Assembly (NCBI GenBank): GCA_049472335.1 | Contig: JBLIRO010000030.1 | Location: 1 to 56,697, forward strand | From: a bacterium | GTDB lineage: Bacteria > SZUA-182 > DTGQ01 > JAFGSM01 | Reading direction: 5' to 3' | Length of the DNA: 56,697 nucleotides | Shown: in pieces, positions 36,213 to 46,877 of the stretch | How positions within the stretch are numbered: position 1 is the stretch's first letter | Layout: each line of letters starts with the position of its first letter | Notes under the pieces: generated by a model | Seen by the model: only the letters and a program-made list of their open reading frames with translations | The model's database searches: none | Told to the model about the DNA's origin: nothing | Translations under genes and position numbers: made by a program

Positions 36213-37652
36213 CTATTTTGCCATTTGTTCAATTAAGACCTTGTCTTTTTTATCAGTCACCAAATTTTTGTAGAATGATATAATTGTCTCATAATCCTCT
36301 TTAATAGTTTTCGGTTTTATTGCATTTTCCGACATCGTTTTGACTTGAGAGGGATTTTCTAATATGTTGTTTATACATCCTGTTAATGCGTCCACATCTC
36401 CCGGAGGGAAAAGGAGGCCATTGACGCCATGCCTGATATAATCATTCATCCCCCCAATATCCGAAGCTATTAAAGGAATGCAGGCAGCCTGGGCTTCCAG
36501 TCCTGTCATGCCAAGGGTTTCCTGCCATAAGGAAGGTATTATCAAAATATCAAAGGAGCTAAACACAACATTCAGTTCCTTATAATCGTATCTGCCCATG
36601 TATGAGCAATTCGCCAAATCCTTTGTGCTATTTTTGAAGTCATAAAGGGTCTCATCATCAGCCCCGCCATAAAAAAGAAACCTGGCTTTTTCTGGGTTGA
36701 TCTTTTTAGCTGCCTCAACAATACAGTGAGTCCCTTTTGACGGCCCCAGGTGCCCCAAAAAACCAAACCGGACCGGATACCGCTCAAACTGTCGAACCTT
36801 TCTCTCAGCATAATCAATAAATTTTACTCCTAGCTGATTCACTACTATCTTTTCTCTTTCTATTTCATGCTCCTCAAAAATCCTCTTTACACCTGTTGAT
36901 ACGGCAAGGATTAGATCCGCCTTAGATAAAAAGTTTTGATTGTATATATATCTAGCCCTAAAGGCATCCTTTAACCTTTTATTCCCTCCATTCAGAGAAT
37001 TTTTTTTCAGCGAAGTATGATTGGGCCGGGTCTGTCCCAAGCGCTCTCCTCTTACCTTTTTGTAAATATTTCTAAGTTTTTTTATCCCCTTTATTATTTT
37101 ACCATCCGGCAATGTCATGATTGTTTTTCTATATTGTCTGGTAAAATAGTCTCCGGCCATGCAATTTACAATACAATTCCTTCCCTCATCCGGGTCTTTA
37201 CATATGGATTCATCAAGGGTAAATAGTTGAAGGCGGGGGCAGATAAGCCAATAATCATGGAGGGTGACAAGAGTTGGAATGTTTTTAGCCTTAACTATAT
37301 CGAGACAAAAAGAGGGGGTCCGTTCAAATTCATGGAAATGAACGATATCAGGATTCACATAGTCCAATACATCTATAAATATCTTCTCCGTCTTTCTTTC
37401 ATAGCAGCTTTTAAGAGGATGGACAAAGCCCTCTGAGAAGGAGACGGGTGAATTATTGATGCCATAGTATGTGATACTGTTTTCAATGTTTTTTACAATC
37501 CTTGGTCTTTTTATAAAACCGCTTCTGATATGATGCAATATATGGACATCATGCCCATCTTTAGCCATTTCTTCAGCAAGGTAACGTATGTATATGGAAA
37601 CTCCATTAACATATTCAGGATACCTGCCATCTGTAACCAAAAGGATCTTCAA
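36213..37652 (-). CDS. Glycosyltransferase family 4
   Basis: TLHDYWLICPR, PSLWQETLGMTGLEA. Confidence 0.9.
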   Translation of the reverse strand: MKILLVTDGRYPEYVNGVSIYIRYLAEEMAKDGHDVHILHHIRSGFIKRPRIVKNIENSITYYGINNSPVSFSEGFVHPLKSCYERKTEKIFIDVLDYVNPDIVHFHEFERTPSFCLDIVKAKNIPTLVTLHDYWLICPRLQLFTLDESICKDPDEGRNCIVNCMAGDYFTRQYRKTIMTLPDGKIIKGIKKLRNIYKKVRGERLGQTRPNHTSLKKNSLNGGNKRLKDAFRARYIYNQNFLSKADLILAVSTGVKRIFEEHEIEREKIVVNQLGVKFIDYAERKVRQFERYPVRFGFLGHLGPSKGTHCIVEAAKKINPEKARFLFYGGADDETLYDFKNSTKDLANCSYMGRYDYKELNVVFSSFDILIIPSLWQETLGMTGLEAQAACIPLIASDIGGMNDYIRHGVNGLLFPPGDVDALTGCINNILENPSQVKTMSENAIKPKTIKEDYETIISFYKNLVTDKKDKVLIEQMAK

Positions 37653-37667
37653 AGCAGTAAGTTCCCG

Positions 37668-38579
37668 CTAAAATAAACCTTTTATTCTCCTGAGACCTTC
37701 AAAGATGGATGGAGGCAGAGATGCAGCTCCCCCAAAAAGGAGATTTTTCAATTGGATGGGATTGAGCCGAAAGGCTCCATAAAAATATTCCCTCGCGTTT
37801 TTATAATTTCTCTTATGAAGATAGAGCCTTCCGAGATTATGATAGTGGGGGGCAAGCCATTCCTTGCCTTCTCCCAGGGACAGGGTCTCAACATGTTTTT
37901 CCATTACCTGCAGGATGCTTTGAGCTGTTTTTATCTTATCCGATGTTATCATATCAGGATGTTTTCTTATCTTAACCAGAGGCTCATCACAATATGCAAA
38001 CCTGTATTTTTGCGCCATTCTGATACAAAAATCCCAATCTTCTCCCACTGGCATAGTCTCATCAAAATAACCAATCTTATCGATACAGCTTCTCCTGAAC
38101 ATAATGCTTTGAGAGGGCGGAAAAAGAAAATGCCTCAAGACCTTTAATGGTTCTTGAGGGCATGTATGATTCTTTAAAAACAATTTCAAGGCATTCCCTT
38201 TATCATCCATGTTATATGCTTGTGTATACACAAGACCTAAATCAGGGTTATGATCCAATAACTTCACCTGTAATTTCAGTTTTTCAGGCAAAAAGATATC
38301 GTCTGAATCAAGCCTGGCAATGTAGTCTCCCGAAGATTTCTTTAAACCGAGGTTCAGAGCCGATGCAATGCCATTGTTTTTTTGATAAAAATATCCGATC
38401 CTCTCATCAGAAAAACTATGCACAAGATCCCTCGTATTATCGAAAGAGCCGTCATCCACCACAATAAGCTCGAGATTATCATAGGATTGAGAAAGAACAC
38501 TCTCTATGGCCTCAGATAAGTATGTGACACGATTAAAGGTTGGTATAATTACACTGACTTTATTGTTGCCTGTCCGCAT
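37668..38579 (-). CDS. Glycosyltransferase family 2 with a C-terminal TPR-like helix
   Basis: VSVIIPTFNR, VVDDGS, RLDSDD, EDWD. Confidence 0.9.
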   Translation of the reverse strand: MRTGNNKVSVIIPTFNRVTYLSEAIESVLSQSYDNLELIVVDDGSFDNTRDLVHSFSDERIGYFYQKNNGIASALNLGLKKSSGDYIARLDSDDIFLPEKLKLQVKLLDHNPDLGLVYTQAYNMDDKGNALKLFLKNHTCPQEPLKVLRHFLFPPSQSIMFRRSCIDKIGYFDETMPVGEDWDFCIRMAQKYRFAYCDEPLVKIRKHPDMITSDKIKTAQSILQVMEKHVETLSLGEGKEWLAPHYHNLGRLYLHKRNYKNAREYFYGAFRLNPIQLKNLLFGGAASLPPSIFEGLRRIKGLF

Positions 38580-38712
38580 CGAAAGGATAAGATCCTACCA
38601 CAAAGGATACATGTTATCCGGAGGTTTTCCATCATTATTGTTAGTTTCATCCATCCATTTTAAAAAAAAGGTTTTGATATCATAAAGGCACTTTCGAAGA
38701 ACACTGAATAAT

Positions 38713-39915
38713 CTATTCATCAGCTATTTCTCCGGCTTTACAAAGAAAATCTTCCTTCGGATTCAGGTAAATCATCCCTCTTTGCTTCAAAATCGTCATC
38801 GCAGCAGTTGCAAGCTCTTTATATCCTTCTGATGTAAGATGGATATCATCCAGAAAAAGTGTGTGACGGGTTTTAAAATCATTGTGTGCACAGTAGTAGT
38901 CCACATTCAACTCCTCAAGCCGCTTTATGGTCTTTTTCAAAAAGAGTTCATATTTTTCAATCTGCCCCCTGGAGAAATGAAATCTTCCATTCGGCTCATA
39001 GTGCTCCCTTTCAGATACGAGAGCAGGCTGTAATATGGCGAGATGTCTGTAACCGAACCCATTTCCCATACGGGTTATCTTTGACAGATTCAATGCATAT
39101 CGTTCCGATATTTCATCTAATGTCATTACGTTTAATTCCTTGCTATCCTTTGTCCTTGATAAAGAAGAGAAACGAGCTTTCAGGAATGTCCTTGAACGCC
39201 TTCCCAGAATCATTCCGGCCAAACATTTAAAGGTCCTGTATACAGTTTTCAAAAATGAATGAATACCGCGGAAAAGATTAAGAAAACCATTGACCATGCT
39301 TTTCCGGATCCTATGAAGCTCTATCAACTTATGTACTAAGCCATCAAATTCATTAGCTCCCGGACCCGGCCAGTTTTTTGATTTCCCAAGCTGGATAAAC
39401 AAATCGTTAAAACCGTCCAGCGTGATTAAAAGGCTTGGATTATAGTCAATGAGGTCGTTGGCCAACTGAGCCACTTCCTGCCCGGACACATAACCTATAG
39501 TCCCACCGTTAAGAACAATCACATCCTCGATCATACCTGAGAGATGCGCTGCGAATGTATCATCATTTGAATTAAGCCCTGTTCCAAAAGCGGTCGATCC
39601 CCCCAGAATCAGTATCCTCTTTTGCCCGGGGGGAAGGTTCTTCATGAAAATTCCGGAATCAGCCCTTATCCCGCGCTCATTAGTACTGAATTTTGAAGAT
39701 TTCTGGTAAGGCGCATTTGAATAAACGGTAAAGGGATTGAGCGACAATTTAAGATCCCCTTCCAGAGGGCTTATAGCCTCCCCCGTTGGAGTTACAAAAG
39801 ACCATGAGTAATGGGTCGGCCCATGATGCTTTATGGCAGATATTCTGTCATAAATTCTTCGAAGCAAAAGCTCCATGAGAAGCAGAAAGATTAAGCTGCC
39901 AAGGAATAGATACAT
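38713..39915 (-). CDS. Membrane-anchored SGNH/GDSL hydrolase-like protein
   Basis: N-terminal TM, LGGSTAFG (block I), DGFND (block III), DDIHL (block V). Confidence 0.8.
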   Translation of the reverse strand: MYLFLGSLIFLLLMELLLRRIYDRISAIKHHGPTHYSWSFVTPTGEAISPLEGDLKLSLNPFTVYSNAPYQKSSKFSTNERGIRADSGIFMKNLPPGQKRILILGGSTAFGTGLNSNDDTFAAHLSGMIEDVIVLNGGTIGYVSGQEVAQLANDLIDYNPSLLITLDGFNDLFIQLGKSKNWPGPGANEFDGLVHKLIELHRIRKSMVNGFLNLFRGIHSFLKTVYRTFKCLAGMILGRRSRTFLKARFSSLSRTKDSKELNVMTLDEISERYALNLSKITRMGNGFGYRHLAILQPALVSEREHYEPNGRFHFSRGQIEKYELFLKKTIKRLEELNVDYYCAHNDFKTRHTLFLDDIHLTSEGYKELATAAMTILKQRGMIYLNPKEDFLCKAGEIADE

Positions 39916-39916
39916 A

Positions 39917-40906
39917 TTAAAAGTTGAAAATTCCTTCCAGTCCCTTAGCGCAAAAGGTGAATACCTGTGTCTTCAGACACTTGGCCTTTTCATAGCGGTC
40001 TTGCCCTAAAACACCCCTGAAGATCCTTCTCAATATACCGAGCAGCTTCTTAACCCTTTTTGTTACAGGCCATAAATGATAATCCAGAGAATAATAAATG
40101 TATCTTTCACCCCAGTATTTTTTGGACAATACGATTTGTTCCCGGGTAAAAGGCCCCCAGCCCCCTGATGTCTTACTATCTCCATGTGCCCTGAATTGAG
40201 CCAATATTTTAGGAATATGGCGAAACGGATATTTTTCAGAGATACGCAGATACAATTCCCAGTCCATGGCATAATGCAGGGATTCATTTGGTTTGTTGGA
40301 CTTAAGGATATCACTTCGAAAAAAGACGGTGGGTTGTGGGATATGCCAATCCTGTCTCCAGAAGCCAATGAGCTTTTCCCTGTTTACAGGTTTCCCGGGA
40401 AAAGCTCTTAGTAAACGACTTTTTTCATCGATCAATTCGATCCCACCAAACACAATGGGATAAAATATATCTCTGTTTATCAACATATTATTCAAAATTA
40501 TCTTAAATGTATCTTTACAATATACATCATCCGAATTTATCCATCCTATAATATTACCTGTGCTAATCTCTATACCCTTATTAACGGCATGGGTTTGTCC
40601 CCTGTCAGGCTCTGTTACCCAATAAGCCAAAAACCTTTCATATTTCTTGATGATATCTATGGAATTATCCGTCGAGCCTCCATCAATGATTATATACTCC
40701 AGGTTTGGATAGCCCTGGAGAAGAACGGAGCGAATCGTCTCCTCGATGAAATTACCCTGGTTATAGCTTGGTGTGATGATACTGATTTTAGGCCATAGGC
40801 TTTTATCCAAACTACTATCAAACAGTCGTGGATTTTCTTCACTCCATGGCCAGCCGATTTTATTAGGAAGTGAAGAGGGAAGATCTTTTAATCTTAAACA
40901 AGACAT
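39917..40906 (-). CDS. Glycosyltransferase family 2
   Basis: ISIITPSYNQG, IDGGSTD, WINSDD. Confidence 0.9.
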   Translation of the reverse strand: MSCLRLKDLPSSLPNKIGWPWSEENPRLFDSSLDKSLWPKISIITPSYNQGNFIEETIRSVLLQGYPNLEYIIIDGGSTDNSIDIIKKYERFLAYWVTEPDRGQTHAVNKGIEISTGNIIGWINSDDVYCKDTFKIILNNMLINRDIFYPIVFGGIELIDEKSRLLRAFPGKPVNREKLIGFWRQDWHIPQPTVFFRSDILKSNKPNESLHYAMDWELYLRISEKYPFRHIPKILAQFRAHGDSKTSGGWGPFTREQIVLSKKYWGERYIYYSLDYHLWPVTKRVKKLLGILRRIFRGVLGQDRYEKAKCLKTQVFTFCAKGLEGIFNF

Positions 40907-42180
40907 TGTTTCTTTTGATGGTTTGACAAAATAGTTTCATATAGCTCAGAATAGTCCAGCGCCTGTTTTTTTAAGGAATATTCTTCACTCGCGATTCTTC
41001 GACAATTGGTTTCCATCGCATTAAGTTTTTCCGTATCACTCAACAAATCAATAATCGCTCTCTCCATTGAATCTGCATCTTGACAAGGCACTAAACAACC
41101 TGTAATTCCGTTACGAACCATATCCGGTATACCTCCTGCATAAAAACCGACTACTGGTGTACCGCAAGCCAAAGATTCGATTACTGTGTTTGGCAAATTA
41201 TCCTGAAGAGAAGGAATCAGAAAAAGATCGGCGGCACTGTAAACCAGGGAAAGTAAACGATCGTCACTAATAAAACCCAGATGAATATGTGGAAAGGTTG
41301 CATTTATATCTGGTTTTTCCCTGCCAACAGAAACCAAGCAGATATTTGATTGTATCTTTAAAGCGTTTAAAGTCTTCATCAATATTTTAAATCCCTTACG
41401 ATGATTAGAAACATCATCTGCTAAAAAAAGAAGTATTTTTTTGTCATGAGGAATGTCAAATAAGTCTCGCGCAACATGTCGGTTGCGTGGCATAAAAACC
41501 TTGACATCCAAACCATATGGTATATGGACGATTTTAAATCTCCCTAACAGGGGACTTTCCCTTACCTTGCTAAGGAGCCACTTACTTGGCGCTACTATTG
41601 TTAGGGAATGAGGATTAAGACCCTTAAAAATTTTATGCTTACGTTGCCAGATTTGTCTTGATATGTCTGAATTCTTATTAGAACCTAGTTGTGGGCATGC
41701 TCCGCAGCCACTTATAAATTTTCCACAATCAAAATCATAGTGGCAACCACCGGTAAAAGCATTCATATCATGGAATGTCCAAACGACAGGGACTTTATCG
41801 GATATAGTCTCAAAGAAAGAGAAATAATCAATAAAACCGGATACCCAATGCAGGTTTATGATATCAGCAGAGTACAACTTTTTCCATAAGCTGGCGCCAT
41901 ATTCACTCCGATCATCGGTAAAAGGCTCACATCCATCAGGACGGGTATGGTTATAAGATTTAAAATCCAAAAGTATTTTCTTCCTGAGTAGTTTACGATA
42001 AAGACGGGAAGGCAAATTCCCTGGCAAGACAGGACATATGAATGTTGGATCATCAATCGTACGATGTGCAATCATCATGCGGGACTCACATCCCAGGCCG
42101 AGTAATCCCCTATGTAATCGGTAGGCTGCTCTTGCTGCACCGCCAATGATATCACATGTATTGATATGAATAATCTTCAA
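40894..42180 (-). CDS. Glycosyltransferase family 4 (WcaC-like)
   Basis: GGAARAAYRLH, WTFHDM..FTGGCHY...C, QDNLPNTVIESLACGTPVV. Confidence 0.88.
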   Translation of the reverse strand: MKIIHINTCDIIGGAARAAYRLHRGLLGLGCESRMMIAHRTIDDPTFICPVLPGNLPSRLYRKLLRKKILLDFKSYNHTRPDGCEPFTDDRSEYGASLWKKLYSADIINLHWVSGFIDYFSFFETISDKVPVVWTFHDMNAFTGGCHYDFDCGKFISGCGACPQLGSNKNSDISRQIWQRKHKIFKGLNPHSLTIVAPSKWLLSKVRESPLLGRFKIVHIPYGLDVKVFMPRNRHVARDLFDIPHDKKILLFLADDVSNHRKGFKILMKTLNALKIQSNICLVSVGREKPDINATFPHIHLGFISDDRLLSLVYSAADLFLIPSLQDNLPNTVIESLACGTPVVGFYAGGIPDMVRNGITGCLVPCQDADSMERAIIDLLSDTEKLNAMETNCRRIASEEYSLKKQALDYSELYETILSNHQKKQCLV

Positions 42181-43019
42181 TGTTTTATTGCTTCCATATA
42201 AAGTGAATCAGGCTTATAAACCGTTCCATCCGATTCAGTATCCAGGGCAAATTGTTCCCAATTCTCGATCTGACTCTTAAATGCGTTACATTGGATTGGA
42301 TTGGAAAAACCAGCCCGTTTCAGCAACTGTGCCAAAGAATACTTATCATACATCCAGTGATGGATTTCTCCATTCATTCTAAAAAGGCCTATCTGTAATG
42401 CTCTGTATTCTTTGTCTCCCAATAATCTTCTAATGAGTTTCATTCGAAGATGCTGAGAAAACTTTCGCAGGTATTTAAGACAATTAAATTTTCGAGACAT
42501 TCCTGAAGCTTTTGGATCATATTCTTTCTGTAACATTTCAAGAATTTGTCTAGTTCCATTACCCATACGTTTATTAATAAAAGCTTCATTTGGTATCTTT
42601 TCCTGTATTAAATATTCCAACATAACCCCGCCGGAATTTTCACGAACGGTCTGATCATAAAGCTCTAACATTATCCACTCGTAGTTATGTTGCCATTCTG
42701 GATCTCCGTGGCATGCTCTCTCCAAGGCCTTAAGGTATATGCCTGTAATCTCTTCTAAATTAGGTACAACTACACGAATAATTCCGTTCGGTTTCAACAC
42801 TCGAAAACACTCTTTTAAAAAATCCAATGCTTCATGCTTTTTCAGATGCTCCAATAGATGCGAGTGATAAACTATATTGAAGGTACAGTTTGAGTAAGGA
42901 ATCCCATGTCGCAAATCATAAGCAATTACAGCAGGGCCGTAGGATACAATGTCAATATTGGTCCAATCAGGGTGAAAACGAGAGCCGCAACCCATATTTA
43001 AATATTTTTTATATTGCAT
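42177..43019 (-). CDS. Class I SAM-dependent methyltransferase
   Basis: LNMGCG, SHLLEHL, RVLKPNG; probable start MQYKK at 43019. Confidence 0.85.
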   Translation of the reverse strand: MQYKKYLNMGCGSRFHPDWTNIDIVSYGPAVIAYDLRHGIPYSNCTFNIVYHSHLLEHLKKHEALDFLKECFRVLKPNGIIRVVVPNLEEITGIYLKALERACHGDPEWQHNYEWIMLELYDQTVRENSGGVMLEYLIQEKIPNEAFINKRMGNGTRQILEMLQKEYDPKASGMSRKFNCLKYLRKFSQHLRMKLIRRLLGDKEYRALQIGLFRMNGEIHHWMYDKYSLAQLLKRAGFSNPIQCNAFKSQIENWEQFALDTESDGTVYKPDSLYMEAIKH

Positions 43020-43026
43020 GGTAAGA

Positions 43027-43941
43027 TCAAACGTGTGAAAAACATGCATACAAGCTCTGGCCGGTTAGGTATTTACGGACAGCCTTATATTTTAAAAATT
43101 GAGTCAATACCTTTCTTAAGCCTGATACATAAATCGCACGCGTGATTCTGTATTTGTTAAAATAAGAAAAGTAAGCATCTATATATTCTTCTGCATGGTA
43201 TTCTGCTAATGGCTCTTTATTCAATCTCATCAACCTTAGAGGAAAAATATCGGGTAAGAAGGATAAAACATGTCTATCCCAATGTGTCATGTGATGAGGA
43301 GGCATGTCCAAAATATTAAATTGATATTTTAAAAAACTGTCTGCGTTGGGTATACCCAGTATTAGTTTACCGCCGGGCTTCAACAGCATACAGGACCATT
43401 TCAAGAAATCCTTTGGATTTGACACATGTTCAATAACTTGAAAGCTGCAGACTGCTTCATATTTTCCGGCAAATTTCTTTGCTGCGTCCTCTAAATCTAA
43501 ATTTCGAACAGGTAATCCCCTATCCCTGGCCTTTTTAACTGCACTATGGTTTATTTCAATACCTTCTACATTCAGGGAATGTTTAATGCGAGCGTATTTC
43601 ACAAAATTGCCGGAACCACAGCCGATTTCCAATACTTTTTGACACCCTTTCAAGTCGTTGATTGAAAAATCATATTCCCATTTACGCTGCATGTAGTACC
43701 AATCAAATCTTTCTAACTGGTTATAAAGATGGTTAGAGCCTGTCAAATCCCTTGGGGAAAAATATCGGAGATTACAGTTTCTACATATAAATAAATTGAT
43801 TTTGGGGATATGTTTTAGCTTATCCGAGATGTCAATATCTAATGTTTTTTGCCATTTTTCAATAATTTTTTTAGAACTTACTGAAGTTACAAGCGTATTT
43901 TTATTTGAATGACATAAAGGACATTTAGCTGAACACATCAT
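43027..43941 (-). CDS. Class I SAM-dependent methyltransferase with an N-terminal Zn ribbon
   Basis: CPLC...CRNC, LEIGCGSG, FQVIEHV, PPHH. Confidence 0.88.
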   Translation of the reverse strand: MMCSAKCPLCHSNKNTLVTSVSSKKIIEKWQKTLDIDISDKLKHIPKINLFICRNCNLRYFSPRDLTGSNHLYNQLERFDWYYMQRKWEYDFSINDLKGCQKVLEIGCGSGNFVKYARIKHSLNVEGIEINHSAVKKARDRGLPVRNLDLEDAAKKFAGKYEAVCSFQVIEHVSNPKDFLKWSCMLLKPGGKLILGIPNADSFLKYQFNILDMPPHHMTHWDRHVLSFLPDIFPLRLMRLNKEPLAEYHAEEYIDAYFSYFNKYRITRAIYVSGLRKVLTQFLKYKAVRKYLTGQSLYACFSHV

Positions 43942-43970
43942 AACTTTAATCCTGTAAAGTCAGTGGTGGT

Positions 43971-44630
43971 CTAAACCTTTTGAAACCAACGGGCTGTATA
44001 ATCAATAGAATTAAGTTTGTAAGATAAACCGGAATCAGAAAAAAAATTGTCAACTGCTTTTTTGCAACCGGTCCAATGACCGTAATCATCGATTATAATG
44101 AAACCACCAGGGACGACATCTTTATAAAATTTTTCAAGGCATAACAGGACAGACTCATACCAATCTGCATCTATATGCAGTAAAGCAATCTTTGGAATAT
44201 TTGCTTTTGGAAATGTCTCATGAAACCAACCTTTCATTATTTGTACACGATCCATATTCGCATCAACAAGTTCAAGCACTAAACGAACCTTTCTAATCTC
44301 ACCTACAACCCGGCCAACATATTTTTTTGCTTCAGGATCATCATTTTCAGTTATTTGTGGCATACCTTTAAATGAATCAAAGAGCCATAATGTCCTTTTA
44401 AACCTGGAATGTGTGGCAAAGCATGATAAAATTGCGGCTGTACCTCCATTAAAGACACCACATTCGACCATATCACCTGATATTTTCTCACTTTGGACTT
44501 GTTGTGCTAATCGATACAACCATTTAATTCTTTTGATTCCTACAAGGGTGAAAGGCTTTACAGTATTAATTATATACCTTTGACGAAATGGTTCCGGTAA
44601 TAATCGTATAAATTTTCCTCGATATTTCAC
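43971..44630 (-). CDS. TylF/MycF/NovP-family O-methyltransferase
   Basis: VECGVFNGG, LFDSFKG, LHIDADWYES, IIDDYG. Confidence 0.9.
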   Translation of the reverse strand: MKYRGKFIRLLPEPFRQRYIINTVKPFTLVGIKRIKWLYRLAQQVQSEKISGDMVECGVFNGGTAAILSCFATHSRFKRTLWLFDSFKGMPQITENDDPEAKKYVGRVVGEIRKVRLVLELVDANMDRVQIMKGWFHETFPKANIPKIALLHIDADWYESVLLCLEKFYKDVVPGGFIIIDDYGHWTGCKKAVDNFFSDSGLSYKLNSIDYTARWFQKV

Positions 44631-44634
44631 TTCT

Positions 44635-45900
44635 TTATTGGATAGTTATACTATTTTCAAATTTACACAAATATGGTCCGGGAAACACTTCCACATGTTT
44701 AGCATTTTCAGTACTGCTTACAACATCGATCTTGGTTGCATGCTCAATGAAATCAATGTTTTCAAATCCTCCCCGTCCAAGCCAAAGTCCTAAAAAATAA
44801 GTACCTGGCTTTAATAAAAGCTCACGCACCAAGAACTTTGCAATAGCTTGTTTCCCAGCCTTAGTATTTAAAAAAATCCCTTGCTGCGCCGTGTTTATAT
44901 CTATTAAACGATAACCGGTTGCATCATAGATAGTTAGAGCCACATTTGCTTCCTGGATATCACTTAAACATTCAATCTTTGTTTCAATTGCCAGATCACA
45001 ACCTGTGCATAAAAGTTGTAGGGGCTGCCCAGCTTGGCTAAAAGGTGTTATTTTTATTGATGAAAAATACGCCTTTATCCCTTTTGTCTTTCCCTCGGGC
45101 TGAAGCCTTATTTCATCTTCACTCTTGGCAAATGATTGTACTTGATAATGTGTGACAACCTCATCTGTTATACCATCCATGAGCAAATGACCATTGCTCA
45201 ATAGAATTGTACGACTGCATAATGAAGTAACCGCTTGCATACTATGGCTTACAAATAATACCGTACGCCCTTCCTTGGCCACATCCCCCATTTTTCCAAG
45301 ACATTTTTTCTGGAAGGCAGCATCACCCACTGCGAGGACTTCGTCAACGAGTAGTATCTCCGGCTCCAAATGGGCGGCAACGGCAAAAGCAAGTCGCATG
45401 TACATCCCGCTTGAATATCTTTTTACCGGTGTATCCAGAAATTTTTCAACCTCGGCAAATGCTACAATCTCATCAAACTTCTTGTTTATTTCATGGCGTT
45501 TCATCCCAAGAATAGCGCCGTTAAGGTAGATATTTTCTTTTCCCGTCAACTCAGGGTGAAACCCTGTGCCCACTTCCAAAAGGCTGGCCACCCTTCCCTT
45601 CATAATAACCCTGCCTTTTGTCGGCTCGGTAATCCTTGAAAAAATCTTTAAGAGCGTGGTTTTACCTGCCCCGTTTCTGCCTATAATTCCTAAAACATCT
45701 CCTTTTTTAACTTCAAAAGATACATCCCTTAATGCCCATATAATATCTTCTTTAGGTGTGGCTCTTCCTAAATTCTTTAGTCTTCGGGAAAAAGCTTTTG
45801 TTAAATTCGTAAGTGTTTCCCGGAATGTCCCATACGCATCGCGGGTACCGATTCGATATTGCTTAGAAAGATTTTCGACCTTTATCGCTAAGGATGACAT
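44635..45900 (-). CDS. wzt: Polysaccharide ABC exporter ATPase with a C-terminal Wzt-C-like domain
   Basis: GRNGAGKTT, LEVGTGFHPELTG.EN, YSSGM..RLAF, VDEVLAVGD and a beta-rich C-terminal extension. Confidence 0.92.
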   Translation of the reverse strand: MSSLAIKVENLSKQYRIGTRDAYGTFRETLTNLTKAFSRRLKNLGRATPKEDIIWALRDVSFEVKKGDVLGIIGRNGAGKTTLLKIFSRITEPTKGRVIMKGRVASLLEVGTGFHPELTGKENIYLNGAILGMKRHEINKKFDEIVAFAEVEKFLDTPVKRYSSGMYMRLAFAVAAHLEPEILLVDEVLAVGDAAFQKKCLGKMGDVAKEGRTVLFVSHSMQAVTSLCSRTILLSNGHLLMDGITDEVVTHYQVQSFAKSEDEIRLQPEGKTKGIKAYFSSIKITPFSQAGQPLQLLCTGCDLAIETKIECLSDIQEANVALTIYDATGYRLIDINTAQQGIFLNTKAGKQAIAKFLVRELLLKPGTYFLGLWLGRGGFENIDFIEHATKIDVVSSTENAKHVEVFPGPYLCKFENSITIQ

Positions 45901-45974
45901 TCAGGATATCCTTTAAAGAACTTCTTTTCTCTGAAATAAACCTTTATGATAAGAAAGTGTAATGGGTGAATCGC

Positions 45975-46862
45975 CTATTCATGTGCTATTGATTCTTTTC
46001 TAAGTACCACGACCTCACTAGTCGAATCCCATCCCTCTTCAATGATAAGCTGTAAATTGGCAATATCGATTAATCTGCCAAGACTTTTTTTGGTAAATAC
46101 ATAGAGATGTTCAAGATCATCGAATATTTTATCGAACATTTCTCTGAATGGAGGATTATCATCATTTTTTTCAACGGGTGTCTGGATTATTGCAATACCT
46201 CCCAGATTGAGCAACTGGCCGACACGCTTTATAAATGCCACTGGGTCGGAGCTGTTTTGAATAACATCAAAGGCCAGAAAAAAGTCACATTTGGGAAGAA
46301 CCACGTAAGGGAAAAAACCAGAACGTATATCCAGACAAGTATTATGCCTGGTTAATTCCGCTATTTGCGCGTCCGGTTCAACCCCTATGCAATCGTATCC
46401 CCGGTCATTCAGCTCCGTAAGTAAAATACCATAACCGCAACCGACTTCAATGACCAGCCCCTTAAACAAGCTATAGCGTTCGATCAAACCAAGCCAATAT
46501 TCCAACTGGCCCTTCGGAATAATATTCCCCGGGCGTTTCTCAAAAGTCATACCTCCTTTTAATCTTTGTCTGGAATGACAGCATTGGTTAATAGAATAAA
46601 CTTGTGTCATCTCTTCATCGATTGGCGGACACATATTGACATAGCATCCGCATTCAGAACATTTACCATAGCTTGGATGCAATTTAAACGGAGACAAACC
46701 ACCCCCGCACCAACATCTATCACGCCGGCCTCTTCGAATATTATCAGGATAATTTTTTGTAATCCTTTTGTTAGCTGCTGTGCTTGCTCTTTTGTATAGA
46801 GAGTTTGCAAAACGAATCGGATGTAAGATATTGCTCAGACGTAACATTTGCCTAATTATCAA
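45975..46862 (-). CDS. SAM-dependent methyltransferase with a Cys-rich N-terminus
   Basis: CWCG..CSECGC, IEVGCGYG, EHL. Confidence 0.75.
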   Translation of the reverse strand: MIIRQMLRLSNILHPIRFANSLYKRASTAANKRITKNYPDNIRRGRRDRCWCGGGLSPFKLHPSYGKCSECGCYVNMCPPIDEEMTQVYSINQCCHSRQRLKGGMTFEKRPGNIIPKGQLEYWLGLIERYSLFKGLVIEVGCGYGILLTELNDRGYDCIGVEPDAQIAELTRHNTCLDIRSGFFPYVVLPKCDFFLAFDVIQNSSDPVAFIKRVGQLLNLGGIAIIQTPVEKNDDNPPFREMFDKIFDDLEHLYVFTKKSLGRLIDIANLQLIIEEGWDSTSEVVVLRKESIAHE

Positions 46863-46877
46863 TAAATAACTTCATTC

